Shown piece by piece: positions 45,392 through 56,614 of a stretch of DNA of 64,000 bases. A program made the position numbers and the translations under genes. Positions within the stretch are counted from its first letter, which is position 1. Each line of letters opens with the position of its first letter. The stretch comes from Obrimoposthia wandeli. Taxonomy: Eukaryota. The notes below the pieces were generated by a model. It was not told the origin of the DNA, did no database searches, and saw only the letters and a program-made list of their open reading frames with translations. The stretch is taken from positions 1 through 64,000 of the forward strand of contig CDROCS010001674.1 of NCBI GenBank assembly GCA_977020255.1. The letters run 5' to 3'.

Positions 45392-46474
45392 ATGAAAAAG
45401 ACATTATTAGCAGTCGCAATCCCAACATTACTATTGGCTAACTCAGCGATGGCAGCTGAAATTTTTAAGACAGAAGACGGCACCGTTGATTTTTATGGTC
45501 AGCTTCGAACTGAAGTTAAAAAGCAAGAAAATACAGATGTTACATTAAATGCTGGCTCTTCTCGTACTGGCGTTGATGCTAGATATAAATTAACAGACAC
45601 AACGGATGTGTTTGGTAAAGTTGAATTTGGTTTGAATTATAAAGCAGATGGTTCAGATTATTCGATGAAAAACCGTTTGCATTATATTGGTCTTGATTCA
45701 GAATTTGGTAAAATTACATTTGGTCGTCAATGGATAGTATCAGATGATGCTTACGGTGCAGATTACTCATATTTCTTTGGTGGTTCAGCGCTTCGTTACG
45801 CCACGCTTTCTGGTGCTCGTCATGATTCATTAATTAAATATAATTTTGATGGCGAAGACTTTTGGGTTGCAGCGAACTACGGTCTATCTGAAGATGATAG
45901 TAACCAAGAACTAGCAGAACTCTATGTTGGTACAAGTGTTGGTAGCTTTAACTTGCATGCGGGTGGTGGTCAAAACCGCAATAAGTCACACAAAATTGGT
46001 ACAGAAACAGTAACTCCAACACCTTCTGTGCCAGCTTTTACTCAAGAGAAAACAATTACGGCTGATATCGAAAATATTTATTTTGAAGGTACAGTAGAAT
46101 ATACCGTTGGGGCAGCACTCATTGGCTTTACTTATTACAACGCAGAGCTGTCAGATAAAAATTCTAACCTTTCGATTGATGAAAATGGTTACAGTTTAGC
46201 GGGTACATATAGCTGGGCTGATAACGCAACAGCATATGCTGGTTATGAGTATACAGAACAATCAGCAGATGGTATTGAAGATCAAGATGGTACAGTGTTT
46301 TATGTTGGTTCTGATTACAACGTGAATAGCTGGTTCCGTGTTTACGCTGAATATGGTTACGGCGACGGTGTAACGCTGGGTTACTCGAATAAAGGATCTG
46401 ATTCATCTGTCGGTCCAACTAAAACAAAAGATAGTGAAAGTTCTTTTGCATTAGGTGCACGTGTTTACTGGTAA
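45392..46474 (+). CDS. ompT: Trimeric porin, V. cholerae OmpT / P. profundum OmpH-like
   Basis: Signal peptide from 45392; GTVDFYGQLRTE, SDD.YGADYSYFFGG and QELAELYVG recalled as OmpT-like; C-terminal RVYW. Confidence 0.8.
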   Translation: MKKTLLAVAIPTLLLANSAMAAEIFKTEDGTVDFYGQLRTEVKKQENTDVTLNAGSSRTGVDARYKLTDTTDVFGKVEFGLNYKADGSDYSMKNRLHYIGLDSEFGKITFGRQWIVSDDAYGADYSYFFGGSALRYATLSGARHDSLIKYNFDGEDFWVAANYGLSEDDSNQELAELYVGTSVGSFNLHAGGGQNRNKSHKIGTETVTPTPSVPAFTQEKTITADIENIYFEGTVEYTVGAALIGFTYYNAELSDKNSNLSIDENGYSLAGTYSWADNATAYAGYEYTEQSADGIEDQDGTVFYVGSDYNVNSWFRVYAEYGYGDGVTLGYSNKGSDSSVGPTKTKDSESSFALGARVYW

Positions 46475-46509
46475 TAAATTAGTACACCGATATATCCCTG
46501 CTTTTTTTT

Positions 46510-46533
46510 CCCGGCTCTGGTAGCCGGGTTTTT
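46510..46533 (+). terminator. Porin terminator
   Basis: CCCGGCT-CTGGT-AGCCGGG followed by a T-run. Confidence 0.85.
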
Positions 46534-46695
46534 TATACCTACAACATCCAACTATCTGTTCTACATCATTTAATCAAATACCTCATCAGATGGGTATAGA
46601 GGGACTATGATGATTTACGAGTATTAAAGGCGGTAGAAACTCTAACCCTAACAATAAGGTCGAGAGCGGCTTAGAGCCGCAGCATAAGTATAGAA

Positions 46696-47136
46696 CTAAC
46701 GGTGTGGCTTAGCGGGAATGCTACATCTTTTTGAAAGTGGTTTGCTGTTCTGTTGTTCAAATTTAGTGAGCTGTAAGTAACAGTTTCTTTCTGCAGCATT
46801 TAATTCCATCATTACTGCGTCTATATCAGCCTGCTGCTGTATTAATAATTGTTGGCGGTGTTTTATTGCATTTAACATCTCTTGTTGTTGTTTCTTATTG
46901 CTCTTATTTGAATCGTAAAATTCAAAGAGTTCACTAATATCAAGAAGGCTAAAACCTAAACGTTTTCCTCGTAAAGTTAGCTTTAAACGAGCGCGATCTT
47001 GCTTTGAATATATGCGAACGTTACCTTTACGTGCAGGGGTAAGTAAACCGTGGTCTTCATAAAAACGAATGCTTCTTAGTGTAATACCAAACTCATCAGC
47101 AAGCTGAGAAATCGAGAAAGTATCCTTACTTTCCAT
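46696..47136 (-). CDS. MerR-family regulator (LiuR-like)
   Basis: FSISQLADEFGITLRSIRFYED.GLL.P and RGKRLGFSL. Confidence 0.9.
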   Translation of the reverse strand: MESKDTFSISQLADEFGITLRSIRFYEDHGLLTPARKGNVRIYSKQDRARLKLTLRGKRLGFSLLDISELFEFYDSNKSNKKQQQEMLNAIKHRQQLLIQQQADIDAVMMELNAAERNCYLQLTKFEQQNSKPLSKRCSIPAKPHR

Positions 47137-47352
47137 CTTTATTATCCTTACTCTCTTATAGAACAATATTTTTATTGACTAATCATTCCACAATTAGAGA
47201 CTAATACCAATACTATTTTTCATGAAATTGGTCGCTAGCATGAGGGTTAAAAGAGTGATAATGGGGATGGTGGGCTTGATTTGTGAGTAAAAAAATAGCC
47301 CCTATATAGGCGCTATTATTGTATTGATTACGTAGTATAACTTAGCTATTAA

Positions 47353-47460
47353 TCACTTTTTTTTGTTGTACTGTGGACGGTGTGCCGGTGGTACATAGCC
47401 ATGACGAACACGGGTAGGACTTGGACGAGCGAGACAAGCTGCTGGTTTTGCTGATGCCAT
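47353..47460 (-). CDS. 35-aa Pro/Arg-rich small ORF MASAKPAACLARPSPTRVRHGYVPPAHRPQYNKKK
   Basis: Translated by hand (below the ORF-track cutoff). It is a GC-richer island in an AT-rich spacer with GTGAG upstream of the ATG. Confidence 0.5.
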   Translation of the reverse strand: MASAKPAACLARPSPTRVRHGYVPPAHRPQYNKKK

Positions 47461-47830
47461 ACTAAACTCACAAATGCTAACAGAACAGGAACGGAAGTAT
47501 TGATAAGATCAATCTCGATTGTTGGAATCTAATTAATCAACTCAATATGAAGATAGTAGCGCTATTGCATACCGATAGGTACAGGAAGTTCATTAAAAAA
47601 CAGCGTTGTGAAATATTAATCTATCAGTGCGTTTTTTATACGTTTTTGTTATTAAAATACGTGCTTCAGTCACGAGAAAAAGGCAGATATTACGCATTTA
47701 TAATTTCTATTTTTACGGCCAATAAATACCTGCTTAGGCGCAAACTTAAATTATGTGCCATATTTATTGAGTGTTCTGATAAAAATGTAAATTTTTATCT
47801 ATCTGGTCTTGTTTAACAGCGGAGAGTTAT

Positions 47831-47998
47831 ATGAAACACAGACGTGTAGGCAGCAAAAAAATTAAGCAGATGATGGATGATTTGGGCATTACAGATAATG
47901 CAAAGTTAGATGATGATCAACAGCTTTTATTAGAGCAAAGGCAGCAATCTGTTAGTGACGATAAACAAATTACCCAGTTTGATAGTGAAAACAAGTAA
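47831..47998 (+). CDS. 55-aa small ORF MKHRRVGSKKIKQMMDDLGITD...
   Basis: GGAGAG RBS 4 nt before the ATG, and a CGCCC/GGGCG terminator with T-run at about 48036-48058. Confidence 0.65.
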   Translation: MKHRRVGSKKIKQMMDDLGITDNAKLDDDQQLLLEQRQQSVSDDKQITQFDSENK

Positions 47999-48462
47999 AT
48001 CCCCTTATTTCACTTGTGAACAGATTTTGAATTAGCGCCCTAAAAGGGCGTTTTTTTATGCTTTAAGATCATAGTTTTACTTTTATGTTATTGACTCTAC
48101 TGTCAGATGTTATCTTTGTGAGCATATTATGCTGATTATTTATTCGTTTTGGTGTTTTTATTATTCAGATCGGCACTTTCATTAGCTTTATTGGCGGATT
48201 TTCCTCTGTATGGTGGTTTTTTTAATAGATATATCTAACCGTTTGTTTTTGTCTGGTCATTTGTTCTGCATAATATGCCAATATTAAGAATTATCTAACT
48301 TTTTGTAATGGTTTTGTGGCAAATTGCTTCAATTCCTGTTAATGTTTTGACCAATTCTTCGGTTTGCTATGCATTGTTTAGGACTAACAGTGCATGGGTC
48401 GCAAATTATTATGCCAGCTGAAGAAAGTCATGGACGCTAAGAATTATGTATTGGAGTTATGC

Positions 48463-50120
48463 ATGTATAAGAACAAAATCACTCAAGCACTATTAATCAG
48501 TGCGGGCCTAACGGTTGCAGCCACTTCTTTTTCTACAATTGCTGCTGAAGTACCTGAAGGCGTAAAGCTATCTGCGACACAAGAACTTGTTCGTGGTAAC
48601 GGCACTGAAGTCGAATCACTTGACCCACAAAAAGTATCAGGTGTTCCTGAATCAAACATTATTCGGGATCTATTAGAAGGTCTGATTAACCAAGATTCTG
48701 ATGGTAACCTTGTACCAGGCGTTGCTGAATCGTGGGAAACTGCAGATAACAAAAATTGGATTTTTAAATTACGCAATGATGCAAAGTGGTCAAATGGTGA
48801 CCCAGTTACAGCGGATGACTTTGTGTATTCTTGGCGTCGTCTTGCTGATCCTAAAACAGGATCACCATATGCTTCTTACTTAGAAATGACGACAATGCAT
48901 AATGCACTAGACATCATTAACGGTAAAGGTATCTGTTAAAGAAACATCGTTGGGTGTCGAAGCAATTGATTTATACACGCTGAAAGTATCTCTTGATAAG
49001 CCTGTACCTTACTTTGCTTCGATGTTGGTACATACATCAATGAAGCCAGTAAATCAAAAAGTTGTTGAGAAGTTTGGTGATAAATGGACTGCTGTTGGTA
49101 ACTACACATCTAATGGTGCTTATAAACTGGATAATTGGGTTGTCAATGAACGTATTGTTCTCGCTCGAAATGAGCAATATTGGGATAATAAAGATACCGT
49201 TATTAATAAAGTAACATATCTCCCGATTGAGAACCAAGTAGCTGAAATGAACCGCTTCCTCGCTGGTGAGATTGACGTCACTTATGAAATGCCTAATGAG
49301 CACTTTAAGCGCTTGAATAAAGAATACCCTCAAGATGTAAAAGTAACACCGTATCTATGCTCTTATTACTATGAGTTCAATACAAAGCGTGCGCCATTCG
49401 ATAATGTTAATGTACGTAAAGCACTTTCATACGCTATCGATCGCGACATCATAGCTAAACTTGTTGTTGGTAAAGGTGAAACACCAGCCTATAACTTTAC
49501 ACCATTAGCAACCAATTTTGAAGTTGTAGATGCCTGCTTACTCTAAGCTGACTCAGAAAGAAGGCGTGTAACAAGAAGCAAAAGCACTACTGGGAAACAG
49601 GCTGGTTTTGATTCAAATAACCCACTTAAATTTAGTCTGTTATACAACACTTCAGAGAACCATAAAAAAGTCGCTGTTGCAATGGCTTCTATGTGGAAAA
49701 AAGCACTTGGTGTAACTGCTGTACTTGAGAACCAAGAGTGGAAAAGTTATTTAGATAGTAAGCGTCAAGGTAACTTTGATGTATCGCGTGCGGGTTGGTG
49801 TGGTGATTATAATGAGGCATCAAGCTTCTTGTCATTAATGCAAAGTGGTGGACATTCTCAAAATTACCCTAAATATTCTAGCAAAGCGTATGACAAGGCA
49901 TCATGGATGATGCATTAGCAGCTACATCAACGTCGATGTACGTTCAGCTTTACGCATATAAGCAGAAAGCGTTGCTTGCTGAAGATATGCCGATCGCATT
50001 CTTCCTATTTATCATTACGTAAATGCACGTTTGGTAAACCCTCAGTTGGGTGGATACCCAATGCATAATCCAGAAGACAATATCTTCTCTAAAGACATGT
50101 ACATCATTGCTGACAAATAA
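48463..50120 (+). pseudogene. oppA: OppA peptide-binding protein, apparently frameshifted (probably artefact)
   Basis: Signal peptide after a GGAG RBS, WSNGDPVTADDF, NGAYKL, RAGWCGDYNE and the end HNPEDNIFSKDMYIIADK*. Indel clusters lie at about 48930, 49520-49600 and 49900-50010. Confidence 0.9.
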
Positions 50121-50212
50121 ACAGCAAGATATATAACGCTATAAACGCTGCACCTAAAGGTTTGGGTGTGGCGCTTTTTCTGTCACAGCTATAAAAATAA
50201 ACGGTAGAGTTT

Positions 50213-51133
50213 ATGATTAAATTCATCGCAAAACGGATTTTTGAAGCCATCCCTACGTTATTGGTACTTATTACCATTTCGTTTTTCCTGATGCGCTTTG
50301 CACCAGGCAACCCTTTTTCAAGCGAGCGTCCATTACCACCGGAAGTATTGGCAAACATTGAAGCTAAATACGGGCTAGATAAACCGGTTTCAGAACAGTA
50401 CATCACCTACCTTGGTAATATTCTTCAAGGTGATTTCGGTCCTTCATTTAAATATAAAGACTTCACGGTAAATGAACTGGTTGTTAAAGCATTACCAGTA
50501 TCAGCAAAGATTGGTTTCTTTGCATTTATCTTTGCTTTGGTGATGGGGGTAACCGTCGGAACCATTGCAGCGTTGAAACACAATACCTGGGTTGATTACA
50601 CCATTATGTCGACAGCCATGGCCGGGGTTGTAATGCCCTCGTTTATTTTGGCTCCCATTCTTATCTATATATTCTCAATTAATCTTGGTTGGTTACCTGC
50701 GGGTGGCTGGCAAGACGGTTCAATGAAGTTCTTGTTACTGCCTATGTTTGGCATGTCACTACTCTACGTTGCTACATTTGCGCGTATTACACGTGCCAGC
50801 ATGATTGAAACATTGAACAGTAACTTTATTCGTACCGCGCGTGCGAAGGGCTTAAGTTACCCGTATATCATCATTAAGCATGCGCTAAAACCTGCATTAC
50901 TGCCTGTTGTTTCTTATATGGGACCTGCATTCGTCGGTATTATCACGGGTTCTGTGGTTATTGAAACGATCTTTGGTCTGCCTGGCATCGGCAAACTCTT
51001 TGTAAACGCAGCCTTCAACCGTGATTATTCGCTGGTTTTAGGTATTACAATTCTTATTGGTACGCTAACGATCATCTTCAATGCTGTTGTTGATATTTTA
51101 CTTGCGTATATCGATCCGAAAATTCGTTACTAG
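50213..51133 (+). CDS. oppB: Oligopeptide ABC permease OppB
   Basis: GDFGPSF, RTARAKGL and DPKIRY. Confidence 0.96.
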   Translation: MIKFIAKRIFEAIPTLLVLITISFFLMRFAPGNPFSSERPLPPEVLANIEAKYGLDKPVSEQYITYLGNILQGDFGPSFKYKDFTVNELVVKALPVSAKIGFFAFIFALVMGVTVGTIAALKHNTWVDYTIMSTAMAGVVMPSFILAPILIYIFSINLGWLPAGGWQDGSMKFLLLPMFGMSLLYVATFARITRASMIETLNSNFIRTARAKGLSYPYIIIKHALKPALLPVVSYMGPAFVGIITGSVVIETIFGLPGIGKLFVNAAFNRDYSLVLGITILIGTLTIIFNAVVDILLAYIDPKIRY

Positions 51134-51144
51134 GGGCCAGACAG

Positions 51145-52059
51145 ATGATGCTAACTAAAAAAGAGAATGTAGAAGCTGTCGAAGCGTTTTCAGACAAACT
51201 GGAAATCGAAGGTCGCAGTTTATGGCAAGATGCTCGAACACGTTTTAAACGCAATAAAGCGGCAATGGTGAGTTTAGCGATTTTAACGCTAATAACACTC
51301 GCGGTAATTTTTGGTCCAATGCTAAGCCATTATGCCTATGATGATACTGACTGGTATTCATTACACGCTGCACCAAGTTATGGTATTGAAGGTCACTTTT
51401 TTGGCACTGATAGCTTAGGACGAGACTTGTTTACCCGTACACTTATTGGTGGGCGTATCTCACTGATGGTCGGTGTGTTAGGTGCGCTAGTTGCTGTTGT
51501 TATCGGTACACTTTACGGTGCCACTTCTGGTTTCATTGGTGGGCGTACTGACCGTGTAATGATGCGTATTCTTGAGATTCTTTATTCGATCCCATTCATG
51601 TTCTTTGTGATCGTATTGGTAACGTTTTTCGGTCGAAATATCATGCTGATCTTTGTTGCGATTGGTGCGATTTCTTGGCTTGATATGGCACGTATTGTAC
51701 GTGGACAAACCTTATCACTTCGTAGCAAAGAGTTTATCGAAGCTGCACATGTATCAGGTGTAAGCCGTTGGAGAATCATTACACGCCACATCGTACCTAA
51801 CGTACTGGGTATTGTTGCTGTGTATTCAACGCTGCTTGTACCATCCATGATTCTGACGGAATCTTTCCTTAGCTTCCTAGGCTTAGGTGTTCAAGAGCCA
51901 ATGACGAGTTGGGGCGCACTACTTCAAGAAGGTTCACAAACAATGGAAGTTGCTTTGTGGCAGTTGATGTACCCTGCGGCATTTATGGTGGTAACCCTGT
52001 TCTGCTTTAACTATGTGGGTGACGGTTTACGTGACGCACTAGATCCAAAAGACAGATAA
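51145..52059 (+). CDS. oppC: Oligopeptide ABC permease OppC
   Basis: FGTDSLGRD, EFIEAA and GDGLRDALDP. Confidence 0.96.
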   Translation: MMLTKKENVEAVEAFSDKLEIEGRSLWQDARTRFKRNKAAMVSLAILTLITLAVIFGPMLSHYAYDDTDWYSLHAAPSYGIEGHFFGTDSLGRDLFTRTLIGGRISLMVGVLGALVAVVIGTLYGATSGFIGGRTDRVMMRILEILYSIPFMFFVIVLVTFFGRNIMLIFVAIGAISWLDMARIVRGQTLSLRSKEFIEAAHVSGVSRWRIITRHIVPNVLGIVAVYSTLLVPSMILTESFLSFLGLGVQEPMTSWGALLQEGSQTMEVALWQLMYPAAFMVVTLFCFNYVGDGLRDALDPKDR

Positions 52060-52143
52060 GAATCAGTGATACTTAACTCAGTGCTGTTAATGGTGACATT
52101 CTCACGCAATGGGCTGAGTTAGGTATACAAGTATAAGGAAGTA

Positions 52144-53112
52144 ATGATGAGCTTATTAGATGTCAAAGATCTACGCGTAGAATTTACAACACAAGACGGT
52201 ATTGTCACCGCGGTAAATGATCTTAATTTTTCTCTTAATCTAGGTGAAACCCTAGGTATTGTTGGTGAGTCGGGTTCAGGTAAAAGTCAAACCGTATTCG
52301 CCATTATGGGGCTATTAGCTAAAAACGGCATTATTAGCGGTAGTGCTAAATTTGAAGGTAAGGAAATTCTTAATTTGCCAGAAAAAGAACTGAATAAAGT
52401 TCGAGCTGAGCAAATTGCGATGATTTTCCAAGATCCAATGACGTCACTTAACCCTTATATGAAAGTAAGCGAGCAGCTTATGGAAGTATTAATGCTACAT
52501 AAAGGCATGGGTAAGAAAGAAGCGTTTGAAGAAAGTGTACGCATGTTAGACGCGGTTAAAATTCCAGAAGCCCGTCAGCGTATTACTATGTATCCTCACG
52601 AATTTTCGGGTGGTATGCGTCAACGTGCCATGATTGCGATGGCGTTATTATGTCGCCCTAAGTTGTTGATTGCCGATGAACCAACCACCGCGTTAGACGT
52701 AACTGTTCAAGCGCAAATCATGGAAATGCTGAATGATCTGAAAAAAGACTTTAATACGTCGATCATTATGATCACCCATGATCTAGGTGTGGTGGCAGGT
52801 AGCTGTGACAAAGTGCTGGTGATGTACGCAGGCCGTACGATGGAGTATGGCAAAATCAATGAGATTTTCTATAAGCCAGCGCACCCATATACTGAAGGTT
52901 TACTGCGTGCAATTCCACGTTTAGATACCGAAGGTGAAGAATTACCGACGATTCCTGGTAACCCACCAAACTTATTGCGTTTGCCTGTTGGTTGTCCTTA
53001 TCAAGAGCGTTGTCACCGTGTTTCGAGCCTTTGTAAGCAAGAAGCGCCAGATTTGAAAGCGTTTGCTGACGGTCGTTTACGTGCTTGTTTTTCTGACTTG
53101 GGGACGTGGTAA
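52144..53112 (+). CDS. oppD: Oligopeptide ABC ATPase OppD
   Basis: GESGSGKS, FSGGMRQR and ADEPTT. Confidence 0.96.
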   Translation: MMSLLDVKDLRVEFTTQDGIVTAVNDLNFSLNLGETLGIVGESGSGKSQTVFAIMGLLAKNGIISGSAKFEGKEILNLPEKELNKVRAEQIAMIFQDPMTSLNPYMKVSEQLMEVLMLHKGMGKKEAFEESVRMLDAVKIPEARQRITMYPHEFSGGMRQRAMIAMALLCRPKLLIADEPTTALDVTVQAQIMEMLNDLKKDFNTSIIMITHDLGVVAGSCDKVLVMYAGRTMEYGKINEIFYKPAHPYTEGLLRAIPRLDTEGEELPTIPGNPPNLLRLPVGCPYQERCHRVSSLCKQEAPDLKAFADGRLRACFSDLGTW

Positions 53113-54101
53113 TGAATGCACAAAAAAATCTATTATTAGAGATTAAAGATTTAAAAGTTCACTTTGACATTGCCGCTAAATCAGCATGGCCTTGGACTAA
53201 ACCATTGAAGCTTAAAGCCGTCGATGGCGTTGATATCCGCTTGTATGAAGGTGAAACACTCGGTGTTGTTGGTGAATCAGGTTGTGGTAAATCGACTTTT
53301 GCACGTGCCGTTATTGGTTTAGTTGAAGCTACCGATGGTCATGTTGTTTGGCTTGGTCAAGATTTAACAAAATTAAACCATTCGAATATGCGTGAAAAAC
53401 GCAAAGAAATTCAAATGATTTTCCAAGACCCACTGGCTTCATTGAATCCTCGAATGACCGTTGGCGAAATTATTGCGGAACCATTAAAAGCTTTCTACCC
53501 AGATTTGCACGATGATGACGTGAAAGAACAAGTTAAAGTAATGATGACCAAAGTGGGTTTATTGCCTAACGTGATCAACCGTTATCCTCATGAGTTTTCT
53601 GGCGGACAGTGTCAGCGTATTGGTATTGCGCGTGCATTGGTATTAAAGCCTAAAATGATTATCTGTGATGAACCGGTTTCTGCTCTTGATGTATCGATTC
53701 AAGCACAAGTTGTGAACTTACTAAAAGCGTTGCAAAAAGAAATGGGCTTAAGCTTAATCTTTATTGCGCATGATTTATCGGTAGTGAAACATATTTCTGA
53801 CCGCGTCTTGGTAATGTATTTAGGCAATGCGGTTGAAATGGGTGAAAGTGATGCACTTTTTGCTAATCCAAAGCATCCATATACCAAAGCATTAATGTCT
53901 GCTGTACCTATTCCTGATCCTGAATTGGAAAGGAATAAAGTGATTCAATTATTAGAAGGCGAACTTCCTTCGCCTATCAATCCACCATCAGGTTGTGTAT
54001 TCCGTACGCGTTGTCCAATAGCCTCTGATGAGTGTGCGAAAACAAAGCCAGACTTACAAGGCGGTGATGTTCATGCCGTATCTTGTTTAAAAGCTTACTA
54101 G
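53112..54101 (+). CDS. oppF: Oligopeptide ABC ATPase OppF
   Basis: GESGCGKS and FSGGQCQR; TAATG overlap with oppD. Confidence 0.96.
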   Translation: MNAQKNLLLEIKDLKVHFDIAAKSAWPWTKPLKLKAVDGVDIRLYEGETLGVVGESGCGKSTFARAVIGLVEATDGHVVWLGQDLTKLNHSNMREKRKEIQMIFQDPLASLNPRMTVGEIIAEPLKAFYPDLHDDDVKEQVKVMMTKVGLLPNVINRYPHEFSGGQCQRIGIARALVLKPKMIICDEPVSALDVSIQAQVVNLLKALQKEMGLSLIFIAHDLSVVKHISDRVLVMYLGNAVEMGESDALFANPKHPYTKALMSAVPIPDPELERNKVIQLLEGELPSPINPPSGCVFRTRCPIASDECAKTKPDLQGGDVHAVSCLKAY

Positions 54102-54270
54102 TTCAAGCCTGTGACAGGCTTTAGGCGCGGTGTCAAAACCGCGCTTTTTTTATGTCAAAAAAATGTCATATGTCGTTAATATATAAATGGTTAATTAATA
54201 TTTCTGCATATTGATAATTAAATAAATAACAGTTACATTTTGATATCAAATACAAACAAGGATTGTTTAT

Positions 54271-56406
54271 ATGCGTTCACTTTCTGTGCAATGGAAGATC
54301 ACGCTGATGGCAGGAGTAGGGATACTACTTACAGTATTCGTATTAACTGGGCTGTCATTTTATTTCTCAAGTCAAAACCAGCAACTTGTTAGTGAGCAAA
54401 CGTTCACATCCTTGCGTAACCAATCTGAAGCGCTCGTAAAAATACAATCGGAACGTCAGGCTATATATGTTCAACAGTATATGGATGAAGCCACTTATAG
54501 GGCTGAAATGTTGGCGCAAAGCGTTTTGTTTTTAAAGTTTAATGCTGAAGAAAATTATACAAATAGTGCAGAACTTCGAGGTTCAATTAATGAATTATTG
54601 CGACGTTCGGTCAATAATTTCCCCAATATCTATAGTGCATTTGTGGTATTTGAACCCAATGCGCTAGACGGTGAAGACAATAATTATCATGATGCTAGTT
54701 ATGTCGGTGCTAATAGTACGGGGCGTTTTGCACCCTACTGGTCAAAGTCATTAAACCAGCAAGCCGTTCAACATGTATTTACTGAAGAGCAAATTGTTGA
54801 TACCAGTTTGAATACAGCAGGGCGTACAGCGAATGACATTTTTTCATGCAGTGCACTTTCTCAAAACACCTGTGTAATGAACCCTACTTTTTCAAGTGAA
54901 GAATCAGGACGTCATCTTATTAGTTCAATAACCACGCCTTTGATTGTTGATGGTAAATCTATCGGTATTATGGGAATCGATATTAAATTGAATACCCTTC
55001 AGCCCGTTATTAACGAAGTCGATAACAATTTATTTAATGGTGTCGGTAAAGTTAGTCTATTAAGTAACGACGGTACGATTGTAGCGTGGGACCAAGGTGC
55101 AAATCGATTAGGGGATAGGTACACACAGCAAGATGGATTGCCAGAAATGTTACCCTCTTGGCTAAGTCAGGGAGATGATTTTATTGGTTGGAGTGATAAC
55201 CAACAAACGTTATTAGCGTATACACCTGTAATGCTGGGTAACACCACATGGGGTATTACAGTTCAACTTCCTGCCGAGCAAGTATTAGAAGAAGCAATAG
55301 CATTAGACAGCGCGATTCAAGCCCAGCGTTCTGCATCATCAAATATTCAAATTATCGCGAGTGTACTGATCGGTGGTTTTGGCATTTTAGTGGTGTTATT
55401 TGCAGCATCACGGTTAGTCGCGCCGATTAAACAAGTTGTCGAAAGCCTAAAAGAAATAGCATCTGGCGAAGGCGATTTAACGCAACGTATAGCCGTTACT
55501 CAACAAGACGAAGTTGGGGAGTTGGCAACTTGGTTTAATCGATTCCTTGATAAGCTGCAAAATACCATTGGTCAGGTTGTTGTGACGGTTGAAGAAGTGA
55601 GTAAAACAGCAGGTGAAGCCGCTTATGTTGCCAGCAATACTCGTGATGGTAGTGAATCACAATTTAAAGAAGTTGATATGGTTGCAACTGCATCAGAAGA
55701 AATGACCCAAACATCAGCCCAAGTAGTCAGCCACACTGAAACAGCTGTCGACGCCGCAAAAAAGGCAGATAGTGCAGCGCAAGAAGGGCAGCAAGTTATA
55801 CAGTTATCAGCAGGCTTAATGGCAAGTCTTGTTAACCGTATGGATAGTGCGGTTCCTATTGCTAAAGAGCTAGAAAGCAATAGCGAGAATATCAATGAGA
55901 TATTAAAGGTGATTGAAGGTATTTCTGAGCAGACAAATCTATTAGCATTAAATGCCGCGATAGAAGCTGCGCGTGCAGGCGAACAAGGGCGAGGTTTTGC
56001 CGTCGTAGCTGATGAAGTACGTTTGCTCGCCAGCCGAACAAAAGATTCTGTTGGGCAAATTCATACGGTAATTGACGATTTGCAACAAGGGACGCGCAGT
56101 GTTGTTTGTGCAATTGAAGAAGGAAACCAACTCGCAGGTGATACGGCAGAGCAGGTAAGTAAAGCGGTTGATAGTTTAAGCCAAATTACGGAATCCGTTG
56201 GTGCGATTCAAGCCATGAATGAACAGATAATGCGGGCTGCAGAAGAGCAGCAAGCTGTTTCTGGCGAAGTGAACCGTAATGTATCTAATATTCGCGAGCT
56301 GAGTGAGGGCATCTTAACGCATGCCGAAAGCTCTGCAGATATAGGGCAGCGTTTAACAGAAATTTCAGAACGACAGAAAGCGCTCGCGAGTCAATTTAAA
56401 GTGTAG
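54271..56406 (+). CDS. Methyl-accepting chemotaxis protein (Cache-type sensor, HAMP)
   Basis: Two TM segments, HAMP (GEGDLT...DEVGEL) and [31 protein letters not shown]. Confidence 0.95.
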   Translation: MRSLSVQWKITLMAGVGILLTVFVLTGLSFYFSSQNQQLVSEQTFTSLRNQSEALVKIQSERQAIYVQQYMDEATYRAEMLAQSVLFLKFNAEENYTNSAELRGSINELLRRSVNNFPNIYSAFVVFEPNALDGEDNNYHDASYVGANSTGRFAPYWSKSLNQQAVQHVFTEEQIVDTSLNTAGRTANDIFSCSALSQNTCVMNPTFSSEESGRHLISSITTPLIVDGKSIGIMGIDIKLNTLQPVINEVDNNLFNGVGKVSLLSNDGTIVAWDQGANRLGDRYTQQDGLPEMLPSWLSQGDDFIGWSDNQQTLLAYTPVMLGNTTWGITVQLPAEQVLEEAIALDSAIQAQRSASSNIQIIASVLIGGFGILVVLFAASRLVAPIKQVVESLKEIASGEGDLTQRIAVTQQDEVGELATWFNRFLDKLQNTIGQVVVTVEEVSKTAGEAAYVASNTRDGSESQFKEVDMVATASEEMTQTSAQVVSHTETAVDAAKKADSAAQEGQQVIQLSAGLMASLVNRMDSAVPIAKELESNSENINEILKVIEGISEQTNLLALNAAIEAARAGEQGRGFAVVADEVRLLASRTKDSVGQIHTVIDDLQQGTRSVVCAIEEGNQLAGDTAEQVSKAVDSLSQITESVGAIQAMNEQIMRAAEEQQAVSGEVNRNVSNIRELSEGILTHAESSADIGQRLTEISERQKALASQFKV

Positions 56407-56614
56407 GTATTGTTGTTGGTATATTTACCGTCTTCACCAAAACGTCAGCCTAGCTGGCGTTTTTTATTGCTCAATGCGTTGCTTCTCTGCATGCTTATTA
56501 AGCACAGAGGTGAAGTGTTATTGGAGTAATTAGAGCGAAAGGATAGAATCAAATGTTAATAATAAAGCGCACCAAACTTTTTGTTTGGTGCGGAAATTGA
56601 ACAATTATTGAAGA

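Noticed and set aside
47499-47513. TTGAT-AAG-ATCAA as an FNR site
   Set aside because: The spacer is 3 bp and FNR needs 4; kept only as an unassigned palindrome.
47547-47816. 89-aa ORF from the track
   Set aside because: No RBS and low-complexity AT-rich codons; it occupies the probable promoter region of the two flanking small ORFs.
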